Source: Patella caerulea (taxonomy: Eukaryota). Taken from it: a stretch of DNA of 64,000 nucleotides. Positions 1-10,808 of this stretch are shown one piece after another. Below the pieces are notes generated by a model. It was not told the origin of the DNA. It ran no database searches and saw only the letters and a list, made by a program, of their open reading frames with translations. Location of the stretch: assembly GCA_036850965.1 (NCBI GenBank), contig JAZGQO010000009.1, forward strand, positions 225,610 to 289,609. The letters run 5' to 3'. The position numbers and the translations under genes are program-made. Numbering within the stretch: the first letter of the stretch is position 1; each line of letters opens with the position of its first letter.

Positions 1-228
1 AACGCTAGATCGGAGACGGTCCTACGCAAATTGTGACGTCATATGTGAATTGTGGGTTAGGGTAAAGGTTAGGCTTGATCATGGGTTAGGGTTAGGGCTA
101 GCCCTGTTTATATCTCGGGACTTTGACCAAATCTACAGGTCCTAGCCCTTACCCTAACCCTAACCCACAATCTATATATGACGTCATATGTGCTAAAATG
201 CGTAGGACCGTCGCCGATCTAGCGTTCT
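1..228. mobile_element. Palindromic foldback/MITE-like element with 28-bp terminal inverted repeats and telomere-like (TTAGGG)n repeats in both arms
   Basis: 1-28 aacgctagatcggagacggtcctacgca equals the reverse complement of 201-228 with 1 mismatch. The arms remain imperfectly symmetric for about 75 bp and include tgacgtcatatgtg. gggttagggttaggg lies in the left arm and ccctaaccctaaccc in the right arm. The element may be truncated by the window start. Confidence 0.5.
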
Positions 229-899
229 CCACATCAAGATCTACCAAGTTAAAGTGGGGGTTCACGTAAGAGGTCAAGCGAGCGTCTTCTGACCCTATCA
301 CGGAAGACATTGATTTATCAATCAGCGTTGACGTAGTGGTTTAAGCCCATTTCCGTTTTTTTAAAGACCAAGAAGTGGCCGTAACAGACCGTCTCATTGG
401 TTAAAGCATCACATCATTTAGAACACGTCAATGATGGCAACTCTTCCGAAAATAAATTTTGAACCATGAAAACGAAATAGGATCTGTGTTTTAATCAGAT
501 TGCTTTAGTAGCTTTCGTCGATTCTTCTTGATTTCTTTCTTCGGCTTTCTTTTGTTTTGGTTCTTTTCGGCGATTTAGGGATGATTTGGATGTTCGGTGT
601 CTGAGCTGTCTAACACATACTCTTTGAATTATATGGTACGGCATGTTTTAGTTTCGATGACATATCTACACTTGGTGAGAAGTACGAGTCGCATGCCTAA
701 CCTCGTGTGTTTTTCTGTTTGTATGATATTGCTGACGAGCCCCACAGGTGAATTATTGAAATGAAATATACCATACGTTTGTCGAAGAATAAACCATTTG
801 TTTATTATTTGGTTGGCGGAATGCGTCTTTTCTGAAATCTTTTTCATCGCATTCCAACTGTCAGGGGTTATTTTGGTTGAATTCCGTTTACTGTGACTT

Positions 900-1780
900 C
901 AGGCGGCATGTAAAATATCGAGACGACAGCTCAATCTGACATTCAGGGAATACCTACGGCACGGTTAGAACGAGAATGCAAGAAGCTATAGACAAATTAT
1001 CGAAATTGTCCAATGATTGGGGATTTCGAATATCTGAAAGTAAAACAGTAGGTATGCTCTTCTGTAGGGATCATAGGGAAGTGTCATCTATGAAACTGGA
1101 ATTGAACAACATCCGATTTGAATTCAAAGACCAGGCAAATTTTTCTAGGGTTGACTTTTGATCGCAGAATGACTTTTAATCCTGAGGAGCAGATAAAACC
1201 AGCCTGCTAATGATCTATAGGTCCCAGATAAGATCAATATGTGACTATGGCTGTGTTGCGTTTGCAAGTGCAAATAAAACGGCTCTTGCTAAACTAGAGG
1301 GTTTACAATATCAGGCAATAAAGATAGCCACAAAGACTTCATTTGGCACAAAAAGGGAAAGTCTATTGCAAGAAGTAGATGTAATGTCGTTCGAATTGAC
1401 GCTCAACGAACTGATATTGAGATATTGGGCTAAGCTGCAATATCTTGGGAACAGCTGACCAACATTTAGGTGTACAAAAATATCAAGGAAATAATTCAAA
1501 AGAAATGCTAAATCAGAGATCTATTAAAAGACCTCAAATTAGATCACTATCAGATTACAAACAAGGCATTTCCGTATCAAGCCCCGTGGACTGTACTAAA
1601 CCCACGCAAGGACATAAGCCTAAGGAAGAAAATCCACAACACGCTCAAATCTTATCTAAAGAATTCCTGGACTAAAAATGGTCATCTCATGTGAAAATAT
1701 ACACGGACGGATCATGCGATGTGTAGTTATTCCTGAATTGAATACCAATATATCAAAAAGGCTACCAGATGGACGTTCCA
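900..1780 (+). mobile_element. Non-LTR retrotransposon (LINE) 3' fragment: reverse-transcriptase C-terminal region, 5'-truncated and frameshifted
   Basis: ORFs 976..1161 and 1210..1458 translate to ...WGFRISESKTVGMLF...EFKDQANFLG... and ...YRSQIRSICDYGCVAFASANKTALAKLEGLQYQAIKIA..., the typical LINE RT thumb/C-terminal motifs. There is a frameshift between the two ORFs. The fragment ends next to a (GA)n tract at 1786-1830. Confidence 0.55.
976..1458 (+). pseudogene. LINE ORF2 (RT C-terminus) remnant, two frames
   Basis: ORF-track translations have LINE RT-like motifs and are interrupted by a frameshift at about 1161-1210. Confidence 0.5.
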
Positions 1781-1785
1781 TACTG

Positions 1786-2235
1786 CAAAGAGAGAGAGAT
1801 AGAGAGAGAGAGAGGGTGAGAGAGAGATGGACTGAAATGGGGTTTAACGTCCACTCGACACAAACTAGGTCTTTTTGGGACTAATGATTCAATTTTGTTA
1901 CAAACAATCGCTTGCACGTAGGGGGTCTTTAGCTGTGGGTGGAAATTCGGGGACCCGGAGAAAACCCACAACTTTGTACAGGCGACGAATCGAAATCACA
2001 TCACTTGACTTCTGATTCAACACGTATGTGTTAACCATTCTGTCACCCAATCCGCCATGAACGATAAGACACTATTTTAGTCGGGCCGCACGTTCTTCGC
2101 TACTCATGACAATTTGAAACCACGCTGGACAATCTTGTGATGGAACCCGAGACCGGGTTAGTTAGCCCGCGCCTTAATAACTGGGCCAACAATGAGTTCT
2201 TTAGGTGTTCTTTTGTGTAATTGTAGGATGATTTG
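1786..2235 (-). mobile_element. SINE family A copy (variant head), tRNA-derived, (CT)n tail seen as (GA)n on the plus strand
   Basis: Conserved 3' module ggggtttaacgtccactcgacacaaactaggtc...gggactaa is followed by the body and a tRNA-like head (reverse complement of 2040-2230). A (GA)n tract at 1786-1830 abuts the LINE 3' end. Confidence 0.65.
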
Positions 2236-2324
2236 GAAACTCGCCGCGACGAATTGATGAGTATCCAAGCTGGATCATACAATACAACCCTAAACGCAAA
2301 GGTAATGTAATAATTTAACATACT

Positions 2325-2460
2325 AATTTATATTGTCCTTAGTCTAGATTTAAATTATATATATATATATATTAGTCTAGATTTAAAGTATATAAAGGTC
2401 TATTGTTCTCAGTCTAGTATTATCCTTAGTCTAGATTTAAAGGACAATATTGGTATCAGT
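2325..2460. repeat. Short tandem/dispersed repeat cluster (agtctagatttaaa motif x5) with a (TA)n run
   Basis: The motif ccttagtctagatttaaa recurs within 140 bp, and (TA)9 lies at 2355-2372. Confidence 0.5.
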
Positions 2461-3377
2461 CATTATCACATATGTGATAGAAATGGTTAAACGCATTCCA
2501 AATGTAATTTAACACAGAGATCATTGCTACAATATACGCGCAATAAGGTTTCTCTATATAACTGACTAAAGTGACTAGTGATAACAGATATACGGCCTAA
2601 TTTATGCTCACTAATAATTCCTTGGAAGACCAAAAATGTTATATGGGACTGAAAGCGGATACCTGACTGACAATTCAATAAAGTAATTGAGCGTCATTAG
2701 ATAAGAGAACACGAGGGAAATAGAAATAGTCCGTACATTCCCTTGTTTTCATTCCTTGTATAGGGGAGACGGGGACGGGGCATTTTTATCACATACATGC
2801 CCATGTTACACCCCCTTCCATATCAAATGTTTTTATTAGAATATCTCTTTAGTCTATTGTATTGTTTGAAGACATATCATAGTTTTAAAAAACACATTTT
2901 AATGGTTCAACGTGGCAGTCTTTACAAAATATATAGTTTGGGCAGGTTTAACCACATAATGGGGCACATTGAACAAGTAGCTACGAGATCTTCGTTGAGA
3001 TATAGCCTACTGATGTGTTTGTGTTTGCTACGATTTGATGCCTTTAGTTTGACGTGACAAATTCAGTTTCTTTATTAATGCATTTAACATGTTTAAAATA
3101 AGATAAGTTTATGCTATTATGACTTATTAAACTGACAGAGGCCAATGCAGTGACACAGCTATCGCCTTACTCCAAATATTCGCGTTTAGATTAATGAAGC
3201 GTTGTTTTTGTCCGAAAATACACCAGCATCCAAAATCCATTCATAGTTACGGTGCTTTTTAAACATGCGCCAACACATGCGATTGCATTTTCGATTGGCT
3301 GTTATAAAGCTTTATATTTAGCCCCGCCTTCTTGATGACAGCGCCGTACGTTTTTATGGAATAACAATTGCTATAGT

Positions 3378-3815
3378 TTATTTTCTAAACCGACAACTGA
3401 GTGTCATGTAGAAAACAAACCGCATACAGCTGCTGATGAGTTCACATAACTTTACAATACGCATGGCCATTCGGAACAAATTAAATTGTTGCGCGCCATA
3501 CTGTTGGGCCATCGTCATCACAAATGCAGCAACATTCGATGGCAGAGCTAGAATTACAAGAGTAAACGTGGACACCAGCACCATTACAGTCGTTCGTGTA
3601 TCATTATTTATAACTATGCCGCCTTTTCCTGTCATGCATTTACGAGCCGTAGTTTGACGTTTTAATGTGATAACAATTAAGAAATTGGAAACAAGACAGA
3701 TCAGCAATGATATGAAGACCAGTATGACCACACCAGCTACGCCCCATGCATCATAATGCTGTCTGCCAGCCGAGTACTCGTCGGTGAACTGATATTTCCA
3801 AAGGGTAAGACACAA
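3378..3815 (-). CDS. Rhodopsin-like GPCR C-terminal exon (three TM helices, putative TM5-TM7). The gene is probably disrupted or a pseudogene
   Basis: The 145-aa ORF has three hydrophobic helices (AGVVILVFISLLICLVSNFLIVI, TTVMVLVSTFTLVILALPSNVAAFVM with a helix proline, LFRMAMRIVKLCELISSCMRFVFY). A basic ICL3-like loop KRQTTARKCMTGKGG separates the first two helices. The acceptor cgtag precedes TTGTGTCTTACC at 3815. Confidence 0.45.
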   Translation of the reverse strand: MCLTLWKYQFTDEYSAGRQHYDAWGVAGVVILVFISLLICLVSNFLIVITLKRQTTARKCMTGKGGIVINNDTRTTVMVLVSTFTLVILALPSNVAAFVMTMAQQYGAQQFNLFRMAMRIVKLCELISSCMRFVFYMTLSCRFRK

Positions 3816-3927
3816 CTACGAATTTGAAAGATACGTATACATGTACATGGAAAAGTATTGAAAATACCGTAATGCTGATGACGGTCAGAAATGGATATCG
3901 AACGATTTTAAAATATTTCGACTCTAG

Positions 3928-4134
3928 TTAAAATAGAACGGCAATACATCTCTCAGCTGACAACAAACTTGATAATAGACAGTAGGTTGTACGTCGAATG
4001 GCACTACCCAAAAAAGTACTAAAACACAATTGTAAATTTAAATATATGAATGAAGAGCTCGATTTTAAACCTTGAATGACTCCAACGGTCTCCATCACCA
4101 TTGAAATCATAACGGTGGTTAGCTCTGTTACCCT
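3928..4134 (-). pseudogene. GPCR TM2-ECL1-TM3 fragment with an ERC (DRY-like) motif, directly followed by a stop. No TM4 is encoded between this fragment and the downstream TM5-7 exon
   Basis: Translation reads ...VTELTTVMISMVMETVGVIQGL KSSSSFIYLNLQL C FSTFLGSAIRRTTYCLLSSLLSAERCIAVLF*. The conserved TM3 Cys and E/DRY-like ERC are present. The DIRS element terminus abuts at about 4135. Confidence 0.4.
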
Positions 4135-4639
4135 CTTCAGGAGGGATTAAAGGAGATTAGCATAGGGTCACGTGATCATCAGTATTTAAAGATAATGCAA
4201 TTTATGCCAACAGCACATACCATATATTCCATAAGAACAGGGAGGGAACATCTCAAAACAAGGGAAGGGCCTTTAATCCCTCCTGAAGAAGATGACCGGA
4301 TAAAATTGTAATCAAACTTCACCTTACAAGTAAGTCTCGTTTAATTTACCAATTTTATCCCGTCATCCTTCAGTCGGAATAAAAGGAGATTTCAAAGATT
4401 GGCATAAATGCAGAACACAAGAAAACAACAAAAGATTTAGTTCAAAATCTATAAGACCAAAAACAAATTACAAAGTGTAAATTGTCTGCAAATTCAGAAC
4501 ACAAGCTACTGTGACAATACCGAACTCTTTTCCGAAGAAAACAGCAGCAACTCTCAATAAAACAAAGTTTATTACAATGTACTGTTACCAAACACAAGGC
4601 ATTTGCCTATGCCTTAATACAATAAAAGTAAAACATAAT

Positions 4640-5827
4640 TTAACTGTTTAGATTTAAAACAGTGGTAGCAAAATCATTTGCTTCATTATCATCATTATTT
4701 GGCACATTATAAAAACGTTGAAAAGTTCTGGAATTAGTCCAGCCTGCAGCTTTCATAATTGAAGTCAAAGGTAATATACGAGCTGCAGCACTTGTTGAAG
4801 CAGCTCTAGTGCTATGTGCACTATAAATGTTCACATCAATGCCTGCCTTACTCAAAGCTGTTTTTATCCATCTCGATATTGTAGATTTAGAAGCCGGTAA
4901 ATAAGGTTTCACAGTTGTCAAAAATAGTTCCCTGTTTTCTTTCTCACAGCGGAAAATTTCTGTTCTGTTTAGATATTCTTTCATGGTGCGCACAACACAT
5001 AAATTTTGATTATAAAAAACTGGTAAAACCATTACAGGCTGTGTCTTATTTGGCTTGGATTGTTTAATTATAGAATTTATAGGGATTATAATCCTGTTAG
5101 TCTCAAAAATCATATCACAGGTCTTAATCACATGAAGAGACTGGCATCTTTGCCCAGATACAATGGCAAGTAAAGTTACAAGTTTTGTAGATAAATCCAA
5201 TAAGGATAAGTCTTCATTGGGAGAAAGTTTTTCTAAATAATTTAGCACAATTTTCACATCCCAAATCTGCTTATATCTAGGAAGAGATGGTCTTAATTCA
5301 GAAACCCCTTTTAGGAACCGAGAAACAAGCGGGTGTTCTCCAACAACACAAGTACTATCAACCAGTTTTACACAGTTTGAAAGAGCGGAACGCGCCGTAC
5401 CAATAGCACTGTATTTTAATCCTGTATTATAAAGCTCCACAAGGAAATCGAGAATGTCTTTTACATTGACAAGTAAGGGATCGATACCCCGTCCACTACA
5501 AAAAACCTGCCATCGTTTAAGATATGTGTTATATTGTTGGTTGGTTCCAGCTCTCCATGATTCACAAATGATGTTTTGAGCTTCAATCGAAATTCCTTGC
5601 AGTGACAGTCCCTTCCGGACAAAAGGCATACTAACAGTGACATCTTCTTCCAGAGTGCATGACGAGCTGACTCTTTGTAAGGCAGGCACAGAGTTGTGGA
5701 GTTCAACTTGATTTTTCTTGGACGGTCTATTAGCATCATAGTTAATTTGGCGAACCAAGCTTGAGTGGGCCACATCGGCACAATAAGTATGGCTTGCTGG
5801 ACTTGCTCTGACTGTAAACGTTTCCAA
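4640..5827 (-). CDS. DIRS tyrosine recombinase (YR/integrase-like), 395 aa
   Basis: Intact ORF. The C-terminal region ...AHSTRAASTSAA...GWTNSRTFQRFY fits the phage-integrase/YR catalytic motifs (R..H..R..Y), and its position 3' of RT is typical of DIRS. Confidence 0.8.
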   Translation of the reverse strand: METFTVRASPASHTYCADVAHSSLVRQINYDANRPSKKNQVELHNSVPALQRVSSSCTLEEDVTVSMPFVRKGLSLQGISIEAQNIICESWRAGTNQQYNTYLKRWQVFCSGRGIDPLLVNVKDILDFLVELYNTGLKYSAIGTARSALSNCVKLVDSTCVVGEHPLVSRFLKGVSELRPSLPRYKQIWDVKIVLNYLEKLSPNEDLSLLDLSTKLVTLLAIVSGQRCQSLHVIKTCDMIFETNRIIIPINSIIKQSKPNKTQPVMVLPVFYNQNLCVVRTMKEYLNRTEIFRCEKENRELFLTTVKPYLPASKSTISRWIKTALSKAGIDVNIYSAHSTRAASTSAAARILPLTSIMKAAGWTNSRTFQRFYNVPNNDDNEANDFATTVLNLNS

Positions 5828-5952
5828 GGGATGGAAAAAGCATCAATTGCAAATGCTTGGGGGTCTGGCTTCCAGGCTATATACTTGTTAATCTGCTTAT
5901 TAAGTCGTGATGCAAACATATCAATGTCTGGATGTCCAAAAATATCAGACAA
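5461..5952 (-). CDS. DIRS methyltransferase-like/linker domain ORF (overlaps the YR ORF in another frame)
   Basis: A 163-aa ORF between the RH remnant and the YR. The position matches the MT-like domain of DIRS1-group elements, but no motif was verified. Confidence 0.4.
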   Translation of the reverse strand: MSDIFGHPDIDMFASRLNKQINKYIAWKPDPQAFAIDAFSIPWKRLQSEQVQQAILIVPMWPTQAWFAKLTMMLIDRPRKIKLNSTTLCLPYKESARHALWKKMSLLVCLLSGRDCHCKEFRLKLKTSFVNHGELEPTNNITHILNDGRFFVVDGVSIPYLSM

Positions 5953-6027
5953 CTCATTGAAAAGGCTTTTATTTAGTGCCCATTCAGTTTTATCATCAAA
6001 GACCCTAGATTCACGGTCTGCGGAGTG

Positions 6028-6321
6028 ATTGGAAACCCCAGGAATATGGGATGCTGAGAGGGTAATGTTATGCTCTATACATCAAAGAGAAATTTCCCTG
6101 GCGATGGAATTACAAAGAGGGGATTTACTACCACCTTTACTGTTAACATAAGCCACTGCTGTGGTGTTATCCATTTCAATCCGTACATGTTCATTATGTA
6201 CATCAACACATAAAGCCTGCAAGCCAAACAAAGCTGCTTTCAACTCTAAGTAATTAATGTGGTGTTTACTTTCGACTTCATTCCAACGTCCACCAGTGGA
6301 AACATCCCTTAAAACAGCACC
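6028..6321 (-). pseudogene. DIRS RNase H region, disrupted (no long ORF)
   Basis: Inferred from its position between the RT and MT-like ORFs. Stops and frameshifts are present. Confidence 0.35.
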
Positions 6322-7194
6322 TCAACATAAGAGGGAAGCATCTTTTTGTAAAGTAACAGAAGGAAGCGACTCTACAAGAGATCTAGAGCTTGCTTCAAGA
6401 TTAGCACACCACCAAAGTAAATCTTGACGTGCCTGCTTAGACAAACACATAGTTTGTTCATAATCACCTTCAGCAATCTTTAGAGCATTAATTTTTTCTA
6501 TTTCTAAAATTCTGTAATGTATTTCTCCATTTGAAATAGCTGGTAAACTAGATACCATCAGACCAATCACTTGAGCTACCATTCGGATTTTGGGTTTTGT
6601 ATATACTAATAAATTCTGACATGAACAGATCAATTTCTTTTTTGATTTTTCGAATGGTAAACTCACAACCATATTAACTGAATCTAGATTAAAGCCCAGG
6701 TGCTCTAAAGATTGTTGTGGTTCAAAATTTGATTTATCTTTGTGAATTAAAAATCCCAAAGATGACAAAAGTTTAACAGTGATGCAAACATTGTTTAAAC
6801 ATTGTTGATATGTGTTACCCATAAGAAAAACATCATCAATATAACCAGAGGACACTACCCCCAGCTGTCTCAAATGTGCAAAAACTGGCTTCATAATTTT
6901 TGTAAAAATTCGAGGCCCACTGGACAATCCATTAGGGAGTGCATTAAATTGGTACAACTTCCCTTCCCATTCAAACCTCAGAAACTTTCTATGAAGTTTG
7001 TTGATAGGGACAGAATAGTAAGCATCCCGCAAGTCAAGCGAGGACATATAACAAGAAGGTACAATAAGATCAAATACAATTCGAACTGTGTCCATCTTGA
7101 AGTGGCGATAAACTACAAATTTATTAAGTTCCTTTAGATTTAAAATCATTCGAAATGATCCATCCTTTTTTGGACGCAAAAAGATAGTTGACAA
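6322..7194 (-). CDS. DIRS reverse transcriptase
   Basis: The 290-aa ORF carries the RT motifs ...SSLDLRDAYYSVPI... (motif A), ...LPNGLSSGPRIFTK... and ...GYIDDVFLMG... (the YxDD box). Confidence 0.85.
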   Translation of the reverse strand: MSTIFLRPKKDGSFRMILNLKELNKFVVYRHFKMDTVRIVFDLIVPSCYMSSLDLRDAYYSVPINKLHRKFLRFEWEGKLYQFNALPNGLSSGPRIFTKIMKPVFAHLRQLGVVSSGYIDDVFLMGNTYQQCLNNVCITVKLLSSLGFLIHKDKSNFEPQQSLEHLGFNLDSVNMVVSLPFEKSKKKLICSCQNLLVYTKPKIRMVAQVIGLMVSSLPAISNGEIHYRILEIEKINALKIAEGDYEQTMCLSKQARQDLLWWCANLEASSRSLVESLPSVTLQKDASLLC

Positions 7195-7520
7195 AAATTT
7201 CCCTCCAACATGTTCACATTGTTCAATGACCTTTTTATGTGAAAGCTTAATAATTTCGGAGGAAATGAATTCTCTCCCAGTGTTATGAAAAGTATGCTGT
7301 GTTTAGGGATGTTTTTGAAAGGGAAGGGAAGAAATTCAATATCAATTCCCGAAATGGTGTTCAAAATCCATTCATCAGAGGTATAGAGCTTCCAAACATC
7401 AACAAAATTACCAAGCTGCCCTGCTATGAAGGTACTAGTCCCTGCTAAGTCAGGGAAAGGATCAAAGGGTATAATATTATTGTTAAAATGACAAAATGCA
7501 TCAATGTCAATTTTTGTCAA
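7146..7520 (-). CDS. DIRS pol N-terminal (pre-RT) region, frameshifted relative to the RT
   Basis: The ORF ...GQLGNFVDVWKLYTSDEWILNTISGIDIEFLPFPFK... matches the conserved DIRS pre-RT segment (W..IT.D.WVL..V.G..I.F...P). Confidence 0.6.
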   Translation of the reverse strand: MTKIDIDAFCHFNNNIIPFDPFPDLAGTSTFIAGQLGNFVDVWKLYTSDEWILNTISGIDIEFLPFPFKNIPKHSILFITLGENSFPPKLLSFHIKRSLNNVNMLEGNFCQLSFCVQKRMDHFE

Positions 7521-8138
7521 ATTTGAATTGGTTAGACATACCTCGTCCTTACCTTTATCAATGGAAATTAAATCTGGTAAATTATTAGTTATTGTTTGTT
7601 GTTGTTGGCCTTGCTGTGCACACTGGGACTGGCATTGCGTCCAAACTTCTTCCTTTTGAAGGGTTGCTTCTGGTGATTCTCTAAAAAACGTTGCCCACTG
7701 TTAGCTTTCATTGCCAGGTTTCTACTGAAGGGTTTTCTACCACTGTAATATAGTGAGAATCGATTAGAGTTCGAGTGACGATCTCTGTAACCATAGTATC
7801 TGTTGTTAGCTTTCTGACTAACACGATTAGTCTCGGAAATATCTTTCAGTTTTTGAGACAGATCACTGCCGAATAAGAGGGTGCCGTTATCGCCCTTCAA
7901 AGTACAAAGAGAACGATAGTTTGAGTGAACCTCCCCTTTCATCCATATTCTCCTACGCCCATTGATATCGGCATTAGCTGAAGCTAAAAGGGCTATGGAA
8001 TCTGTTTATAGACGGAAACCATCTTTGACTCCTACATCATCGCCACCTATGGCCTTCTTCAAGGGCAGTTCACTCAACCTGGCCAACGGAATTAGGCCAG
8101 ATATTATCATGTTTTGGATTCTTTGTAGTTTTAAATCG

Positions 8139-9010
8139 TTAGATTTGGTTTCGCTGCTTAAAAACTCCCAGATGGGGGGGATTGACTTTAGTTACCTCCA
8201 AAAAATCACAATTACTAGGTCTTTTGTATTTATTCAATAATTCGTTGACCTTATCTTCAGAAAGACCAAATTTGACAATATTATCTAAGACCTTTGCAAG
8301 ACCATCGTCTATACTGGCACTGTATTGCTCATCCTTATTATATTGAGAAAGAATGTCAACAAATCCTTCTGGCAAATTTGATGACTTGTCTAAGGGAAAG
8401 GGTGTACTACTTGTGGACGATGTAGTGTGAGTGCTTACATCAGCGCCCCCTCCTTTTTGTTTGCCATCAAACAAGTTGTTCAAATTATTCAGGGCTTTAG
8501 TCCCATCATCATCATCCACCACCATATCTTGATTGTCAAAATCATCACAAGATACCATAGATTCATTATCACAGAAATAATTAAAAAATTCCTGTTGTGA
8601 TTTGCGCATTTCTGCTGCATAATCAAGTTGAGATTTGTTAGATTTTTTGTCATAGCAGTAACGGCTCCGGTAAACAAATTTAGTGGGTCTTCACTTTCGT
8701 CAGAGCATTCTGAATGTTGGGTTGATAAAGTATTACGAGTACTAACACTCGGTAGTCGCCGTTGAGACGAAAATGGAAGGTCATCATTGACCTTGACATT
8801 GGACTGGCTGCACGACTGTGTTATTGAATCAAGTAGAGACTGTCGTTTCAATTGACTCTCCGAACCCGCTGACGCCTCTGGCGTACGGGATTTTCCGCTA
8901 CGTTTATTTGTAATTGCTCGCCCTGAAATGGCATTGGGATGCTTATCCCGACTGTTATCAGTCACGCTTACAGTTGCATCACTGTTCGCGGGAACATTAG
9001 TCGCCATGTT
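8139..9010 (-). CDS. DIRS ORF1 (gag-like), split into two frames by a frameshift near 8490-8610
   Basis: Two overlapping ORFs (8489..9121 and 8139..8609) are read 5'-proximal in the element orientation. The likely start is MATNVPANS at about 9007. Confidence 0.5.
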
Positions 9011-10149
9011 AGAAATTTGTAAAACAAGCCACAGCGAACAAAATAAACAAAATTGATTTCGAGCACCGTAAACAAAGCAGTACGAAACTGCGTAAGGTGT
9101 GATAAAAACACAGAACGACAAGTAATATGACGAACTTAGTCAAGGTAAGGCGCTGAATAACGCCGAATGGCATTAAAAAAGGAAAGAATTTTCTGAATAG
9201 ACTTGCAACACGTTTCGTGACCAACGAGCTACTGATGATCACGTGACCCTATGCTAATCTCCTTTTATTCCGACTGAAGGATGACGGGATAAAATTCAAA
9301 TCTTCTTCTGTCCGCCCTCATAGAACGTTAGTGAACGGGGGAATCATTGTAGAATTTGGCATTTTTACAAGCGACAGATGTGCGGATATATAAGTTTCTA
9401 ATACAAGAAATCTCGCTACTATAACAATTCACAACGCCAAAACTGTACGTCGTAAATAGAGGATTTCAACACTCGATATCTTGAAGATACCGTCATTAGT
9501 TAGGACTTGATAGTTGAATAATTGAGACTTTGATGAATAGCCTAACAAATCCTCATAAATTGGCCCAGAAACGAGCTATTTGACTAAAAGTTTCTATAAA
9601 TTCCTTCTTCGTTATCTACTAATGAGATATTATAGGTACGGGGGCTACACCAGGGCTATCCCGAGGACGAAATTTGGTGCATATTGCGGTAGTTCGGACC
9701 AGAGAGTAACACTAACATAGGCCTGTTGCTGCTGGACTAACACTTTCAATGCCGGAGTTATGCTACTTCCGGTTCATGGCTATACCTGCGCTACGTCGGG
9801 TCAACCGCTAGTCTTACGTAATGTGTATTTAAACTGAGACTCAATTAATTAGTCTTCCCATGTGGAGAAAATAAAATGATAATATTATTAATTAAAAGCA
9901 AGCAGTCGGTTATTTTGTCTAAAATAAATGCCCCCGTCATCTCTTAATTTGAACGTGTTCATTGTTTTATGCTGTCTTTCTTTTTAATTTGTGCGGGACA
10001 TAAATGAATCATACAATTAATTATGAGCCATCAGTCCAGAAGTGAGGAAATGTCTGTCTGATTTATATCAGAATTGAATAAATAAAAAAAAATGTGCGTC
10101 ATTAGCGTAGAAGGGACTGACTTTTAAAGTGATGAATATGGTGTTAAAC

Positions 10150-10212
10150 CATTAATCCGGAAATGACCTAGTTTGTGTCGAGTGGACGTTAAACTCTCTC
10201 TCTCTCTCTCTG
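10150..10212 (+). mobile_element. SINE-A 3' fragment with a (CT)n tail
   Basis: ccggaaatgacctagtttgtgtcgagtggacgttaaac followed by (CT)10. Confidence 0.6.
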
Positions 10213-10430
10213 ATTTATATGAAACTGGTATATAGTATATAAACAAGCTGGCTTTGATGTTTACCAATTTATATACGGTACAACGAGTGATTGAAATTTA
10301 ACCAACACATTTTGTACATGTATGTATCTTTAACATTGTGAGGGTAGGTGACGTGTGTTTCTCACCCTGGCCTCTTCTGCAAGTTAAATTCTAAAACATT
10401 TTTATAAATGATTAATATGCGGCAATACTG

Positions 10431-10808
10431 TATACCGGAAAACACCGAAAAACAACCGGGAAACACCATGTTAAACTGAATAGCGGAAAACACCGGAAAA
10501 CACTAAATACCGGAAAACGCACTTAATACAGGAAAATACCCTAAATGGGTAGCCCGGAACCGCGATCCTCTGTGTGCGTGGGTTAGGGTTAGGGTAAGGT
10601 TTTTGCGTTGTGGGTTAGGGTTAGGGTTATGTTTAGTTTTTTGTGTGTTTTCCGGAGGACTAGGCCCCGAGTTGCCTACTTAGGGTGTTTTCCGGTATTT
10701 AGTGTACATGTATTTTCCTCTTTTTAGTGTTTTCCTGTGTTTTCCAGTATTTAGTATAACAAAGTCATGTTGTTTTGTTTTCCGGTGTTTTCTGGTGTTT
10801 TCCAGTAT
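10431..10808. mobile_element. Foldback/MITE-like element: about 130-bp inverted arms built from ccggaaaacacc-type units, with interstitial telomeric repeats (gggttagggttaggg, two blocks) at the centre
   Basis: Left arm 10431-10560 (tataccggaaaacaccgaaaaacaaccgggaaacacc...). Right arm 10650-10808 (...ggtgttttccggtgttttctggtgttttccagtata). Centre 10572-10635 carries TTAGGG-like repeats on the G-rich strand only. Confidence 0.55.

Larger units (their letters stand above)
4135..9300 (-). mobile_element. DIRS-like tyrosine-recombinase retrotransposon, near full length (gag, RT, RNase H remnant, methyltransferase-like, YR), with inverted terminal repeats and an internal complementary region. Several frame disruptions
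   Basis: The termini are inverted: 4141-4175 ggagggattaaaggagattagcatagggtcacgtgatcatcagt matches the reverse complement of about 9228-9262. The ICR at 4262-4400 is complementary to both terminus tips (cctttaatccctcctgaag and ttttatcccgtcatccttcagtcggaataaaaggagat). The internal ORFs carry YR, RT (YIDDVFL) and gag-like regions. Confidence 0.85.

Noticed and set aside
481-500. Short motif gatctgtgttttaatca recurring at 481, 43655 and 58487
   Set aside because: It is too short (about 20 bp) to call a repeat family. It is possibly a fragment of an unrecognised element.
9330-9375. Short ORF MPNSTMIPPFTNVL on the far side of the DIRS element as the GPCR N-terminus
   Set aside because: It runs into a stop after 14 codons and cannot be joined in frame to the TM2 fragment once the DIRS sequence is removed, so it is probably coincidental.
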